Origin: Octopus bimaculoides
Taxonomy: Eukaryota
DNA length: 64,000 nucleotides
Direction: 5' to 3'
Assembly (NCBI RefSeq): GCF_001194135.2
Contig: NC_069002.1
Coordinates: 34,452,860 to 34,516,859 of the forward strand
Shown: in pieces, positions 26,901 through 40,286 of the stretch
Layout: each line of letters starts with the position of its first letter
Position numbering within the stretch: the stretch's first letter is position 1
Position numbers and translations under genes: made by a program
Notes under the pieces: model-generated
The model's input: only the letters and a program-made list of their open reading frames with translations
The model's database searches: none
What the model was told of the DNA's origin: nothing

Positions 26901-28099
26901 CGAGCCGAAGTAGAAATCTCATTGTGTAGAAATATGATTGATAAAATGTCAAAATTTCATGTTACAAAATATCGTTTTGTTTCATACATTTCTTAGAAGT
27001 AGCATATGGCTAAAATCGAAGGTAATATCTGTAAAATTATCCTACACTAGGTGAAATTCAAGTCCAAAATCTTTCTCGTAATCGCTTTGTTTTTCCACGA
27101 ATAAGTACTGAATCCCAATTGCCCTATATGGAAGGGAGGGATAATTTCAACAACACAACAGCAGATGTGAAGACCTGAGTTATAAGTACCACGCAGGTGT
27201 ATACACACCCACCAAACACAAAACAAAAGAAAATACAAACAAAAAAACTACAAATTCAGTCGCTCTTAAAATTAGGTGAATGTAGTATTGAAATTAGCGA
27301 GACAGAAATTTTATGGTGAGGCTTTGTGCACTGAAACGATGCGAACTGAAAGTGTAGTGGCAATAATATGATTGCAAACGTAAAATGATCTTAACTATAG
27401 TTCATTTAGTGGATACTGAAAACGAAATGTGCATAACACCTGGCAACAATATTTTCTTCACAAGATATTTCCGAGACGAAGTCTATTTCAAGGCAATGTA
27501 TGTTAATCAAATTTCAGCCCAAACTAAATAAATTCTTAGATCTTTATTTTTGAGAAACATCTGTTCTCCATTTCTGCAAGTAATATCAATAAAAAGGTCA
27601 GCCATGTCAGAGTCGAGAAAGATGTGGGGATAATTCAATGGATTCACAAAACATATAATGAACACCAATATTCTTTTACGCAGCCTTCGTTTTTCTTCAG
27701 CATAACTGAATTCAGAATATAAACTTCTACTTCTTCTAGTATTTTCTATATTCTATGTTGCATATTACTTTAAGCAGTAAGTTTGTTACGCACGTACCTG
27801 GTATGAATAATGGTAAATAAAAATAGAATCGCACTAATTCTCCAAAATGTAAATAAATTCTCCTCATAAGATTAGTGAAGCAGCAAAATCTGCATAGCTA
27901 TTTCTATAACTTGGTGTATGTGTTTATATGTGTATGTATGTATAAAATATACGACACGTATATGCACACAGAAACAAGCACAGGCACACAGAAGGGTCGT
28001 AGCAAGTGTAATGCCAAGTCGATGATACATATTAACTACAGTGCATTCAGAAGATACTGAGTGTATAACAAGTTTTCCTCTGTTGAAATGGAATTCACA

Positions 28100-28980
28100 G
28101 CTTCATTATCATGAAGGACATATCAGCGTTATGTTGCACCTGGCTATCGAACCCTCTTTAGAAAACTCCAGGTGCACATCGTTTTACTAACCTTCACCTG
28201 GAATAGCGTCATCAAATATTCGTTACCAAAGACTGTACTTCGTTGGCCATTTGGAAATCGGATCACGCCCAACCTGGGCTTGCACTAGATGGCGGAACAC
28301 TGACCACACAAATTAGCTAATATCTCGATAAGTTTCAAAGAATACGTGCTACAACTACATTCTCTGAACGTATGCAGATCTCTGACAGATTTTTTATCGT
28401 TGAGGCCTGCATTACTTCTCCTCTAGCATATTTAATGTACTGCTCCCATTACACGGTACAACCACATATCAGAAAATCAAGGATAGTGACACCATAGTCC
28501 TCTGAAAAATCAGAGTTGTTTCTACTTGATGAATGGCTGTTCATCCTCGTAGTAGGTGGGTGAATTGTTGTGATGCTATTCTACAAACTTAATTTTCTTT
28601 CTGAATCATACAGTTACGTTCACGTTTCATTTGCTGCCATCAAATCGGAAACAAAGTAGCTAAATATCTTTAAAACTTTTCAGAAAATTCTGGTAAAGAG
28701 ATTTAAATTTTTCCCCATCAAATCAGATATAAACTGCCGATGTTCCTATGTTGCCCAATGTTTCCAAAGTCATAAGCTACCGTCTTTTCATTTGTTTTGT
28801 TCCCACGATATGTTCTTGCTAATCAATTATTCATCTCTTAATTGTTCCTTGTCAGAGGTTGCATTTCATAATCTTCGGCGGTGAGGTTTGTTTGACATTT
28901 GTAAACTTCATGCATCAGTGTAAGTTGGTTTTATAAAAAAGGAAATATCTCAGTCAAAATTTTGTGCACCCTTGTCCGTG
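28100..28980 (-). mobile_element. Possible very decayed Tc1/mariner-superfamily remnant
   Basis: Scattered peptides VGRDPISKWPT (compare IGRxGPxxWPPRSPD) and CTWSFLKRV (compare LWGYLK); TIR-like CAAAATTTTGTGCACCCTT near 28957. Weak. Confidence 0.25.
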
Positions 28981-29829
28981 TCGGATAACGTGCATCCCTT
29001 TTTCCGTCAAGAACTGAATGAAGGCACTTGGATGATGCTTCCGAAACATTACTTGCTCCAAATGAAGAACACAGAGAACACATTCTATACAGTTAAGCAA
29101 AATTTGAATTGCTTTTCTTTCAAATCTCATATACTTACATATAGTCTTAAAATACTCACGCACAGGCACACACACAAACACACACACGCATACACACACA
29201 TATACACATATGCACACTCACACACACCAAAATGCACACACGCACATATCGTTTTAAAGTTTTGCCCTATAGAATTTGGTGAACGTCGTTCCGAGATGCG
29301 CGAGTTATTTCCCTGGAAGATAAATTTGATTGGAAATACGTTAAAGTGGAGGTCATGTATGTATATGTACTGTTCAAGGAAAATATTAACAAAAACTGTA
29401 GCACCAGTTTCGTATTAACACCAGAAGCAACATCAACCACAATGACACAACTTAAGAGCGTCACTGAAAACACTAGCATTAACACAACACGCAATTTCCA
29501 ACATCCATCAAGGAAGACACCATCGTCACCAGCAGATCGAAGACGACGACCACTACTACCAACGACAACAACGCCATCAGAGACGCAAAGACAATCACCT
29601 CAATGTAACACATTTGCTGACAACACCGTCACAGCCACCTCTTCCATTACAGCTACGAAGAAACACTTCAAGCAAAGAATTCAATGAAGATCGCAGCCAG
29701 AAGAACATATACTCAAACAGAAAGACATTTCACCAACCACCGTCAAGGACACACCATTACCACCACCACCGTCACCCTCCCACAACCACCACCCCAAAAT
29801 CCCCCTTCAACGACCACCCCACAAAAAAA

Positions 29830-29861
29830 AACTGAAAGATGCCCGTCGTATATATGAATGT

Positions 29862-29906
<45 letters not shown>

Positions 29907-30110
29907 TGTGTTTGTCCCCCTAACATCGCTTCACAACCGATGCTGATGTGTTCCCATCCCCGTAATAACGGTTCAGCAAAGGAGACCGATAGAATTACTT
30001 CTAGGCTTACAAAGAATAATCCTGGGAGCGATTTGCTCGACTAAAGGCGGTGCTCTAGCATGGCCGCAGTCAAATGACTGAAAGAAGTAAAAGAGTAAAA
30101 AGAGAAAATG
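29830..30110 (+). mobile_element. SINE family C, 5'-truncated, with internal (TG)n
   Basis: ACTGAAAGATGCCCGTCGTATAT-(TG)n-GTTTGTCCCCTAACATCGC..CGATAGAATT..GATTTGCTCGACTAAAGGCGGTGCTCTAGCATGGCCGCAGTCAAATGACTGAAA. Confidence 0.85.
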
Positions 30111-30433
30111 AGTATATATATTACATATTTCCACATATACACGCACATACATATATGTGAGGGAAAATTAATTGGATAGAAATATTATTTCACATGTTCT
30201 CGCACTCCTAAGAAAAAGATCTACCAAGAATAATAATGCAAAAATAAGCTTCGATCTCCCTTCTATACCTTAATGAACTGCCTATCTCTCCCTCTCTTAT
30301 TCCGAAAGAAACTAGAAGGCAATGGAAACAGTGGCCAATCAAATTTTCCTATACATACATACATACATGCCCCAGCATGGTGACAGGTGAGAGATGAAAC
30401 CAATAAAACGAAATATCAATATATATATATATG

Positions 30434-30480
<47 letters not shown>

Positions 30481-30650
30481 ATATGTATGTATGTATGTAT
30501 ATACAGTTTCGATGATATTCTTTGCTGCACAGACAAAATATTTCCAAGTGTAAGGTTGTATTATCGAATGCAAGCACACGCACGCACACACACACACACA
30601 CACGTGCATTCACATATTTGTACGCGTAGATGTATATATGTTATTGTAAT

Positions 30651-30687
<37 letters not shown>

Positions 30688-30697
30688 GTGTGTATGT

Positions 30698-30738
<41 letters not shown>

Positions 30739-31698
30739 AGAGCTCCGTAATGGTCTTCATAATTTCCATTGTATAGGAGGGACAAAATGAACCACTAACA
30801 TACTCCAGTACATAAAATTCTAAACATATCATCACTAAAAATTAAATGACAGTCAAATGTTATTATCAAATAGCAGGTATTTGTCTTTGAATTGCGGTAA
30901 ACAGGGAGAGTTAGAACTAAAACGGATAAAATGATGCCTCGAGATGTTGATATTATTCTCTTATAGCCGTTCTTAATCTATTGACTGTGCCAGTTCTTGC
31001 AACTTAAATGGATTTATTTAGTTGTGACCTAGTTCCTATACACTGAGATCGCCTATAAGGTATCATTTTTCCTCTGAATAGAAAATAGGTTAGCCATTTT
31101 TAAGTGATTTGAATTTTGCCACAACGAAACATTTTCTACCTTTGGCTGTATAACCCGTTGTGAAATCATATTTTTCTGAGCTAAATTATGTGGTATTAAC
31201 GAGGCACATTAAGAGAATTGGCTCTACATTTCCCACATTATCAAAGGCGATTTATATCTCAGAATTACTAAACAACCCTTGGTGGAGAACAGGCAGATTA
31301 TTCATTTCTGAGTGCTAATATAGGCCGAACAATTTTAAGGGACTAATTCTCTTTCAATATATAAAAAACGTGTAAGCGATCACTGATGAGTTCAATCTTT
31401 TTTCCTTAATGTACATTGTTTATATTCGGGGTAGGTAAAACTTGTGTCGGTTTACTGTGAGCCATAAAAAAAAACATGTTTTACATCGCATCTATACGAG
31501 TGCGAGTGCACAATGTTGTTGACAATGGTGGTGCTGTTTGTGTGAGTGCCATCGTGCTATTTATAGATGTGCTACAGTTACTCAGTTCTTGCAAGTCCAC
31601 CGAGGATAGTATACGATTTGAAAGAACTTCAACACACAAATTCACATAAAGAACCTTGCAAACTAGCTACAAATGGTAAGTGGGTGTATGCATGTATG

Positions 31699-31734
<36 letters not shown>

Positions 31735-31920
31735 TTGTGCTTGTAATTCAAAGGGCCAGCCTCGTTACATCCTGTCTGTGTCACGCTGAATAACCCTGAA
31801 AACTATGTTAATAGCAGGCGTGTCAGTGAGTGAAGTACTCAGCCATATGCACGCTGATTTCACGAGCATGTAGCTCTATTGATCGGATCAACTGGAACCC
31901 ACATCGTCATAGCAAACAGT
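31735..31920 (+). mobile_element. SINE family A, 3' half
   Basis: GTAATTCAAAGGGCCAGCC..GTCACGCTGAATA..CTCAGCCA..GATCGGATCAACTGGAACCC matches the reverse complement of 46963-47150. Confidence 0.85.
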
Positions 31921-32575
31921 GTCATCTCTCGCTCTCTCTCTCTCTCTCTCACACACACACATGTGTATGGGTGTAGGTGTGAGTGTGTGTGTGTGTGTGT
32001 GTATGTGTGTATATATGTATGCGTGTGAGTGTGTGTGTCTTTGTGAAGGAGAGACAGACTGGCAATATCATAAAATTGATATTTGAAGAAGTCCATTGTA
32101 CTCTTCTTGAGTATCTTTGTTAATTCTTCTTGTATATTCTTCATCTTTTATTTGCAGGAGCTTCAATACGATTATTCTTGTAACCATCACTGCGTTTTCA
32201 CCAACCAGTTCATTGGCGGCACAACACGCCATTTCAGTTATGAGCTAATTAAGTCGAAATGATATACCTTCAGGTTTGTAACCCATTCACAAAATGTAAC
32301 CGTGAACGACCACATTGGAATTGCCGAAATCTGGGATCAAATGCATATGAACATCAGCAAAGTGTGCGATTTTTTTTACTCATAACATGAAAACACAAAA
32401 TGCAATGTGTGATGAGCTGTCCTGAGTATTATATCATCTGCATTACTGCGTGGAAAACCGTTGAATAGCTTCATCTCCCGGGAGTATACTGTTCAGAAGT
32501 TAATAGATGCTCGATAGCGTTATCTTATGTTTTAATACTTCATATACAGAAATATCAGCTTAATTCCAAAGTTGA

Positions 32576-32641
<66 letters not shown>

Positions 32642-33088
32642 NNNNNNNNNNNNNNNNNNNNNNNNNNNNNNNNNNNNNNNNNNNNNNNNNNNNNNNNNNN
32701 NNNNNNNNNNNNNNNNNNNNNNNNNNNNNNNNNNNNNNNNNNNNNNNNNNNNNNNNNNNNNNNNNNNNNNNNNNNNNNNNNNNNNNNNNNNNNNNNNNNN
32801 NNNNNNNNNNNNNNNNNNNNNNNNNNNNNNNNNNNNNNNNNNNNNNNNNNNNNNNNNNNNNNNNNNNNNNNNNNNNNNNNNNNNNNNNNNNNNNNNNNNN
32901 NNNNNNNNNNNNNNNNNNNNNNNNNNNNNNNNNNNNNNNNNNNNNNNNNNNNNNNNNNNNNNNNNNNNNNNNNNNNNNNNNNNNNNNNNNNNNNNNNNNN
33001 NNNNNNNNNNNNAGAGAGAGAGAGAGAGATAGAGAGAGAGAAAGAGACGCACACACGCACACATACATATAAACGCACATACACACAT

Positions 33089-33200
33089 ATGTCGAAGAGT
33101 TTAGGCTCGAAACTTCAAAGACATATCCATTCTTCCCGAGCGCGAAACGAGTACACCTCCTTGTCGTTCCCTCACATTCTTTGTTTTATCTTCTATGCAA
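33089..33200 (+). repeat. Second copy of the 15114 repeat terminus
   Basis: ATGTCGAAGAGTTTAGGCTCGAAACTTCAAAGAC..TTCCCGAGCGCGAAAC. Confidence 0.6.
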
Positions 33201-34554
33201 ATTTTAACTATATATACGGTATATATTTTTATATTCTTATTTAGTTAAATCTGTGTACGTGGGTGTATATGTGTATGTTGTTGGCTGATGTGCGCGTTTG
33301 TGTGTGTGTAGACATGTAGTCGAAATTCGATGTTGAATGAATATCCTGAAAAATGATTTTTGCCTGAGAGAGTATTACAATCTAATTTTATTTTCGTGTC
33401 AATATACGTCTTACAATGTGTAAAACCCAAATATTTCACAAAGTAACTTTTGTAAAATTCTCAGCAATTTGATGAAAAATACCCTTAGCTTGTCAACTGA
33501 AAGCAGTATATATTGCTACAAAAATAAATATGCTGTTGAAATAAGATCTAATTTGATAACAGTACTAAAAATGTGTGTGAAATCAGATCGAAGCTAAATG
33601 CATATGGTGGATAAGTGAACTTGCTAAAGCAACACTTATGTAAAATGAAGATCTGAAAGAAAAAAACAAAAGTTACCTGTTTTGAAGCTAGACATAACAG
33701 ATAACAGCGCAAAGTATAAGAATAGTAAACGATATTTTTTAATGTGTAATATGAATTTAACTGCTGTAAATATAATACAACATGAAATATAAAATTATGC
33801 ACAGCAGCAAACATACTTTAATACACAAATACAGGCAGATACATACGTATAAATATGCACATAAATATATGGATATAAACAGAAACCATACGCATCATTA
33901 TTATCTATTATTCTGGGTAGATAAGAAAGACAAAATAACTCGATGCTGTAAAGATAACAAGCATACGCTACCAAAATACCCACTCCCATATATCAGAATA
34001 TAGATACATATGTATCTTAATATATGCATGTGTATATGAATGTATGTGTGTATATATATATATATATAGAGAGAGAGAGATAATAGATAGATAGATAAAT
34101 ATAAAATTATACGAATATGTTTACGTATAAACATGGCCATATATACATGTATGTATGTATGTATTTATCTATCTATCTCTCTCTATATATACATACATTT
34201 ATATGTGTGCGTATATATGTTTATATACAAATCTGTGTATGTACGAGTGTTTGTGTGTCAGAGTGTGTATATGTCTGTGAGTGTATGTGTGCACGTGTGC
34301 TTGTGTGTGTCTGTTGTATGTCTCTGTGAGTGTGTATGCCGCACGTGTATGTATTCAGTCACTGTGAGAGTAAGAAAAATGTAAAACAAAGGGAAGAGTT
34401 TTGACCGAACTATTCACTCACTATAACAGTCTACGTAAACAAACGACCATTGGTAGACTTTTGTTACTGTCTATATTTTGCTCATATCGTCAGCTAATGA
34501 AAGCAAATAACAAAATATATTCATATATGCATATTTATACTCGTATTTTACGAA

Positions 34555-34555
34555 T

Positions 34556-34601
<46 letters not shown>

Positions 34602-34661
34602 AGTATACACACATATATATATGTGTATGTATATGTATATACCCACACACAAATGCGTGTG

Positions 34662-34751
<90 letters not shown>

Positions 34752-34811
34752 AGTATACACACATATATATATGTGTATGTATATGTATATACCCACACAC
34801 AAATGCGTGTG

Positions 34812-34863
<52 letters not shown>

Positions 34864-34895
34864 TATTTATATATATATATATGTGTGTGTGTGTA
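34555..34895. repeat. (TA)n tracts containing a directly duplicated ~75-bp unit
   Basis: CACATAAGTATACACACATATATATATGTGTATGTATATGTATATACCCACACACAAATGCGTGTGTATGTG occurs twice, about 150 bp apart. Confidence 0.9.
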
Positions 34896-35182
34896 TACAT
34901 TTATCATAGATGTAGCGAGACACTACAATGAATCGAAGCACTTGTTATAATTTTGATGATAGAGGAGGTATATGTTATTTAGCGTGTGCCTATGAGAATT
35001 GTTGATAGAGCCACTCGTCAGATTCAAAACTTTGATTGTGAAATCGAATGCTCTGACTTCAATGAATAAACTGATTTATAAATGTTATATTCTTTGGAAG
35101 TCACATTATAAGTTTCTTTTTTTTTTTAGTTGTTTATACCAGTTTCTATTAAGTTATCATGTGTGCGCGTGTCTCTTGTATA

Positions 35183-35567
35183 CGAGGGTTCGTCAAAAAG
35201 TAATGCTATTTTGTTTAGGACAGGAACATGTACCATACCTCCACACTCACCAGATTTAGTGCCTTCAAACTATCATCTCTTCGGCCCCATGAAAGAGGGT
35301 TTGAGAGACAAACATTATTCCAGTGACAAGGAAGTGAAAACTCTAGTGAAGAAGTGGCTCAAAGAACAGTCAACAGAATTTTACGGAGCAGAGATACATG
35401 CTCGCATTCGAAGGTGGAGCACTACTATTGAGAGAAACGCTGACTAAGTGAGGAGTAGGGATGTTATCCACAGAGGACCAGCTTCATTTTGATGTACGAT
35501 ACATGTTCCTATGTTGGTAATTGTACCTGTCCTAAACAAAACGGCATTACTATTTGACACACCTTCG
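35183..35567 (+). mobile_element. Internally deleted mariner (irritans-like) with both TIRs and TA TSD
   Basis: Termini TA|CGAGGGTTCGTCAAAAAGTAATGCTATTTTGTTTAGGACAGG and the reverse complement of the right end match 38/44 including the TA. TA at 35181-82 and 35568-69. The interior encodes only the C-terminus, PPHSPDLVPSNYHLFGPMKEGL..WLKEQSTEFY..RW. Confidence 0.93.
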
Positions 35568-37369
35568 TACATTTATATTTGCAATATATGAATACATGTA
35601 TGTTTGTGTGTGTGTGTGTGTGTGTGTGTTTATACATGGGTGCGTGTGTTTATATGTATATGCCTGTATGTAGACGCAATTGGGGATAAATATCTGCCCA
35701 CACGTCAAATAAATGTAAACGGAAAAGTTACAAACTCTATGCAATATACTATTAATTATTGCGTGTTTTATAGCAATTCGTAAATATATTTCATTTTCAT
35801 GTTTTCTATTTTATAAATATTAAATTATTCGAACTTATACAACATCATTCACCCTTCACCTCGATATTCTATATATTTCCCGTTCCACGGCACTCTTTGT
35901 CAAACGTACCTTTGTATGTTCTACCACGCTTATAATCATCATTGCCAAAACTACCACCACCACCACCAATACAACCACCACTAACATCAAACACCACCAC
36001 CACCATCGTCGTCAGCATCATCATTTTTATCAATATGAATTTTGTTTTTCTAATGAATATTATTGTTTTCTACTTTCAGAACTTAGACCGAATGCAATGT
36101 ATCTAATAAAGTCACAATTTGACCTTTAACTTCCATGTGATTTGATGTTATAAACCAAATCTCTTTTTTTAATCAGGGCATGTATTTCTGTATTTAGTGT
36201 AACTGAATACCTCCTAGACATATATTGTCATCTTAGCAAAACCGAAACTATATAATTTTATTTTCTATATTTAGGTCGGGCTCTTTCTCCTCAAGTATTT
36301 CGAGTTCAATTTTGATAAAAAATAAAATTGCCTAACAATTTACTGATTTTATGAATTCTTCTGTGTCTATCTTTGATTTTCTAATCTTCAGTTTTCACAA
36401 ATCAACAAATATTGCTTGAAGTCAAAAGAAATTACAAGATTGTGTATTGTCACGGAAATTCTATATTTCGAGGCGCAATAGAATGTCATGTACAAGCTAG
36501 TTTTAACATTTGTTGAAAGTCTTGCATTCAGTGTTCGAACCACATCCGCTTATTTAAACTGATTTATATCAGTTTCTGGTGACGATGACTGTACTAGTCA
36601 CGAGGCATGGCGCTGTAGAATATTTAGATCAGTACACACCACCTATTACTAAAGCTATTCAAACTCACAGAGTTTTGAAGGCAATGTCGGATGTGATTTC
36701 TAGTTTGTCACCACGTATTCCCTTGCCTTTAACTAACAGACTTTTCACATAGATTTACATAATGCTAAAATTACGTTGCTATTATATACCTTCGCATTAG
36801 CTTCCTCCATTTCACTTTCATTTTCTATATAAGAATAATTGATTTTAAAATTAACAAGTAATGAGATCGGGAATTATAATAATGATACCGAATATGATTA
36901 TCTGAGTAGTATTAATAATCACGATCATTGCCAGTCGTGGCACAATAAAGCAAGTACGAATGGATGGTTATGTTGGATATGTAGTACTTGGTTGTATTGT
37001 GTGTGTGTGCGTGCGTGCGTGCGTGCGTGCGTGCGCGCGCGCGTGTGGCGGAATATTCAGGAATGAGAACACCATACGTGGAGTTGCAATTCGCTGGAGT
37101 ATTACTCTTCTGGTCAAAAGGGTATAACCAATGGCGACTTCACCTAGAAATGGATCAAGCAACAATCGCATCTTTTGGTACCTTCTTCTCAGCGCCTTTC
37201 CATCACTATTGTTTCAGCATGCATTAGTTACGTGACAGAGATGGCAGACAGCAGCTGGCCCGAGCTGGCAACAAAGGCAATGAACTATTGCAGGTCAAAA
37301 TACTGAAGGATTCAGTTAGGACGACAACCAGCGAGTAACATTTGACAGGTGTTACAATTAATTACCCAA

Positions 37370-37470
37370 GAATAATAAAATAAGTTCCAGATGTGCGCTG
37401 GGGTCGATTTCATCGGCTTACCTCCTCCCCCGAGCATGCTGGAGTTGTGCCAAAACTTGAAACCAATTTT
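37370..37470 (+). mobile_element. SINE family B, 3' half (old-type tail)
   Basis: ATAAAATAAGTTCCAG..GCGCTGGGGTCGATTTCATCGGCTTACCTCCTCCCC..GTTGTGCCAAAA. Confidence 0.6.
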
Positions 37471-38069
37471 TACTTAGTGAGCATTTGAACACTTGACAGT
37501 AAATTGTTTAAAAGTGAATCTAGAAATATCTCACGATGTATCTAGAACCCACTTCAACTTTGTCTGTATAATCAATATCTCTGCCCACCTACATATAATA
37601 ACGACAACCATGGCATTAACAACCAATAAGATCTTACAGGAAAAAAATACGCACTCAATTTAAGAACAGAAAATGAAAAACTAAAATACGTAAAACTAAG
37701 GAAAATTAAAAAAAAAAAGAATGCTCACAAAATTTTTTAAAATAAATAAGTATAAAATATAAAATGAAAAGCGTTAGAAGTAAAAAAAAAAAAGCAGAAA
37801 AATATCGGCGTCCTCATGATATGCATCATAAATTACTACTCTAGTTGCTCCAGATATCCCATTGTAAATATATAAAATAAAATGACACCTTCACTTGAAG
37901 TAACTTCTTCATGTAAATCGTCGTAAAAATGCTTAAATAATCACTAAAACATTTATTCTTCTCGTTGCAGTTGTCGTCTCTGAGGATTTTTCTACTAGTG
38001 GAAATGTTGCCAAAGTAAATTGAGCACGTAGATAGATATGTGCAGGTGTGTATGTGATTGTATAAGCAT

Positions 38070-38097
38070 ATATATCAATCATACATACATACATACA

Positions 38098-38133
<36 letters not shown>

Positions 38134-38528
38134 TATACTATATAGATAGATAGATATATAGATGCATACATACATAGAGAAAGAGAGAGATAACTGCACA
38201 GGTGTATACACACATGTATATATATATATATATACACATACATGTATATATATGTATATATATATATATATATACATACATGTATGTATGTATATGTGTA
38301 TATATATACACATACAAATATGTATATATATATATACACACACATATATGTGTATATATATATATATATACANNNNNNNNNNATATATATATATATATAT
38401 ATATACATACATGTATGTATGTATGTGTGTATACATATACACATACAAATATGTATATATATGTATATACACACATATATGTGTATATATATATATACAC
38501 GTGTGTGTATATATATACACATACACAT

Positions 38529-38566
<38 letters not shown>

Positions 38567-38630
38567 GTGTGTGTGTGTGAGTGTATTTATCCATATGTAA
38601 CTATACGTTCATTAAATTATCTGCACATAA

Positions 38631-38660
<30 letters not shown>
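38070..38660. repeat. Compound (CATA)n/(TA)n/(GATA)n microsatellite region spanning a 10-N gap
   Basis: Direct inspection. Similar blocks occur either side of gap 38373-38382. Confidence 0.9.
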
Positions 38661-38662
<2 letters not shown>

Positions 38663-39244
38663 TACAAAAGTTATCATTCTGTTTAATAGATGTTTTACGT
38701 ATGATACATTACTTTTTTTTTGTCTTAAATTCTTCCTTTAACTTTTGTTCATACTATACCTGTGTGTCCTTGTCTCAGTGAATGTGTATGCGCGTGTGAG
38801 CTTGGGAGTGTGCGGGCAAGTGCGATGTTGCGTATGTGGAAAATAACGAATTGAAACCAGGAGGAGGTGGAAAGGTGGAGATAAGGAGACAGAGAACTAG
38901 AAACAGAGGCAGAGAGAGAGCGAGAGGAGGAGGAGAGAGGGAGAGGAATGAGATGTGAGGATATCCATCCTTTATAAAAGTTAATGTATCATTTATTTTT
39001 TCAATCATCTCAGAATTCTTTATATAACCCCACTGGAACAATATTCTGTCTGTACATCAAGTAGAGTCTTATGTTTTCATTTTGTGTTTACTCATTTTCT
39101 CTATCACTTCCCACTGAAGCTGAACAGTAAAAAGAAAAGCAAAATAATGAAATATCACGACACATACACAGAGAGAGAGAGAAAGAGAAAGAGAGAGTGA
39201 GTGAGAGAGAGAGAGAGAGATGTATATGTGTGTATGTATTTTCC

Positions 39245-39335
39245 TTTTATTATTATTATTATTATCATTATTATTATTACCATTATTATTATTATTATTA
39301 GTAGTAGTAGTAGTAGTAGTAGTACTAGCAGCAGT
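39245..39335. repeat. Compound (ATT)n-(AGT)n microsatellite
   Basis: Direct inspection. Confidence 0.9.
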
Positions 39336-40050
39336 ACATCCTTTGTCTTTTTTTTTCTTTTCANNNNNNNNNNAGAAAGTTTACATATATCTTTTTTTTT
39401 TTCCTGGTAATTTTGGTATAAGATTATTTCTTTGTTTTGCTTTTTTTCCCTCATTTACGCTTTGTATAGTAACTAGTAAAATGTAAAGGCAACATTAGAT
39501 TTTGTTATATTTTAGGTAAGATTTTATATATATATATGTGCACACATACACACACATATGTGGCTATTTATAACCACACGAGTGTGTGTTTTCAGTGTGC
39601 TTGGACTGTGCGTGCATGTTTGTTCGTGTGTATGCGTGTGCGTTTGATATGAATCAGGTTTCATGTTAGTTTTTGCGACATCATACTCACGCCCACATTG
39701 ATTTCATTAACAAGCAATAGATTGTGCAGTAAATCAATGGTGTCATGCTTCTCGATTCGTTTATTTCGTACTAAAGCTTCTATTCTAATGTTATGCTTAT
39801 CACGTATATTCCAATGGTACCGTAAGATACAGGGTAAGGAAAGTTGAAAGACTACTTTACGTAGTAACAACACGTTTAATTACCCCCTCTAGTATTACGA
39901 TTCAATGTTGAGAGGATCGTTTGTATCGCTCCCTTAACTCATCGTTTTATTTTTCAACTATAGTCGTACCTCATCAGTTTAGAAACTGTTTGGTTGCCCA
40001 CTTTTCGTGTCATGCCTTATTCTAACAGATGTTGAAATTAAGAGCATACA

Positions 40051-40286
40051 AGTCTTATTTCATTATCGTCCACAAGGGATTAAACGTAGAAGGGGCAAAC
40101 AAGGACAGACAAAGGGATTAAGTCGATTACATCGACCCCAGTGCGTAACTAGTACTTAATTTATCGACCCCAAAAGGATGAAAGGCAAAGACGACCTCGC
40201 CGGAATTTGAACTCAGAACGTAACGGCAGGCGAAATACCACTAAGCATTTCGACCGGCGCGCTAATGATTCTACCAGCTGGCCGCC
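40051..40286 (-). mobile_element. SINE family B, full length with 13-bp TSD (1 mismatch)
   Basis: Alignable end to end with 19905-20140. TSD TTAAGAGCATACA (40038-40050) / TTGAGAGCATACA (40287-40299). Confidence 0.92.

Noticed and set aside
27510-27755. About 82-codon Met-poor open frame on the minus strand
   Set aside because: Length is within chance expectation across six frames; no convincing splice sites or motifs.
29346-29687. Thr/Ser/Pro-rich mucin-like 113-aa ORF
   Set aside because: It lies in a decayed CAA/CAC low-complexity tract poor in T, so stop codons are rare by composition.
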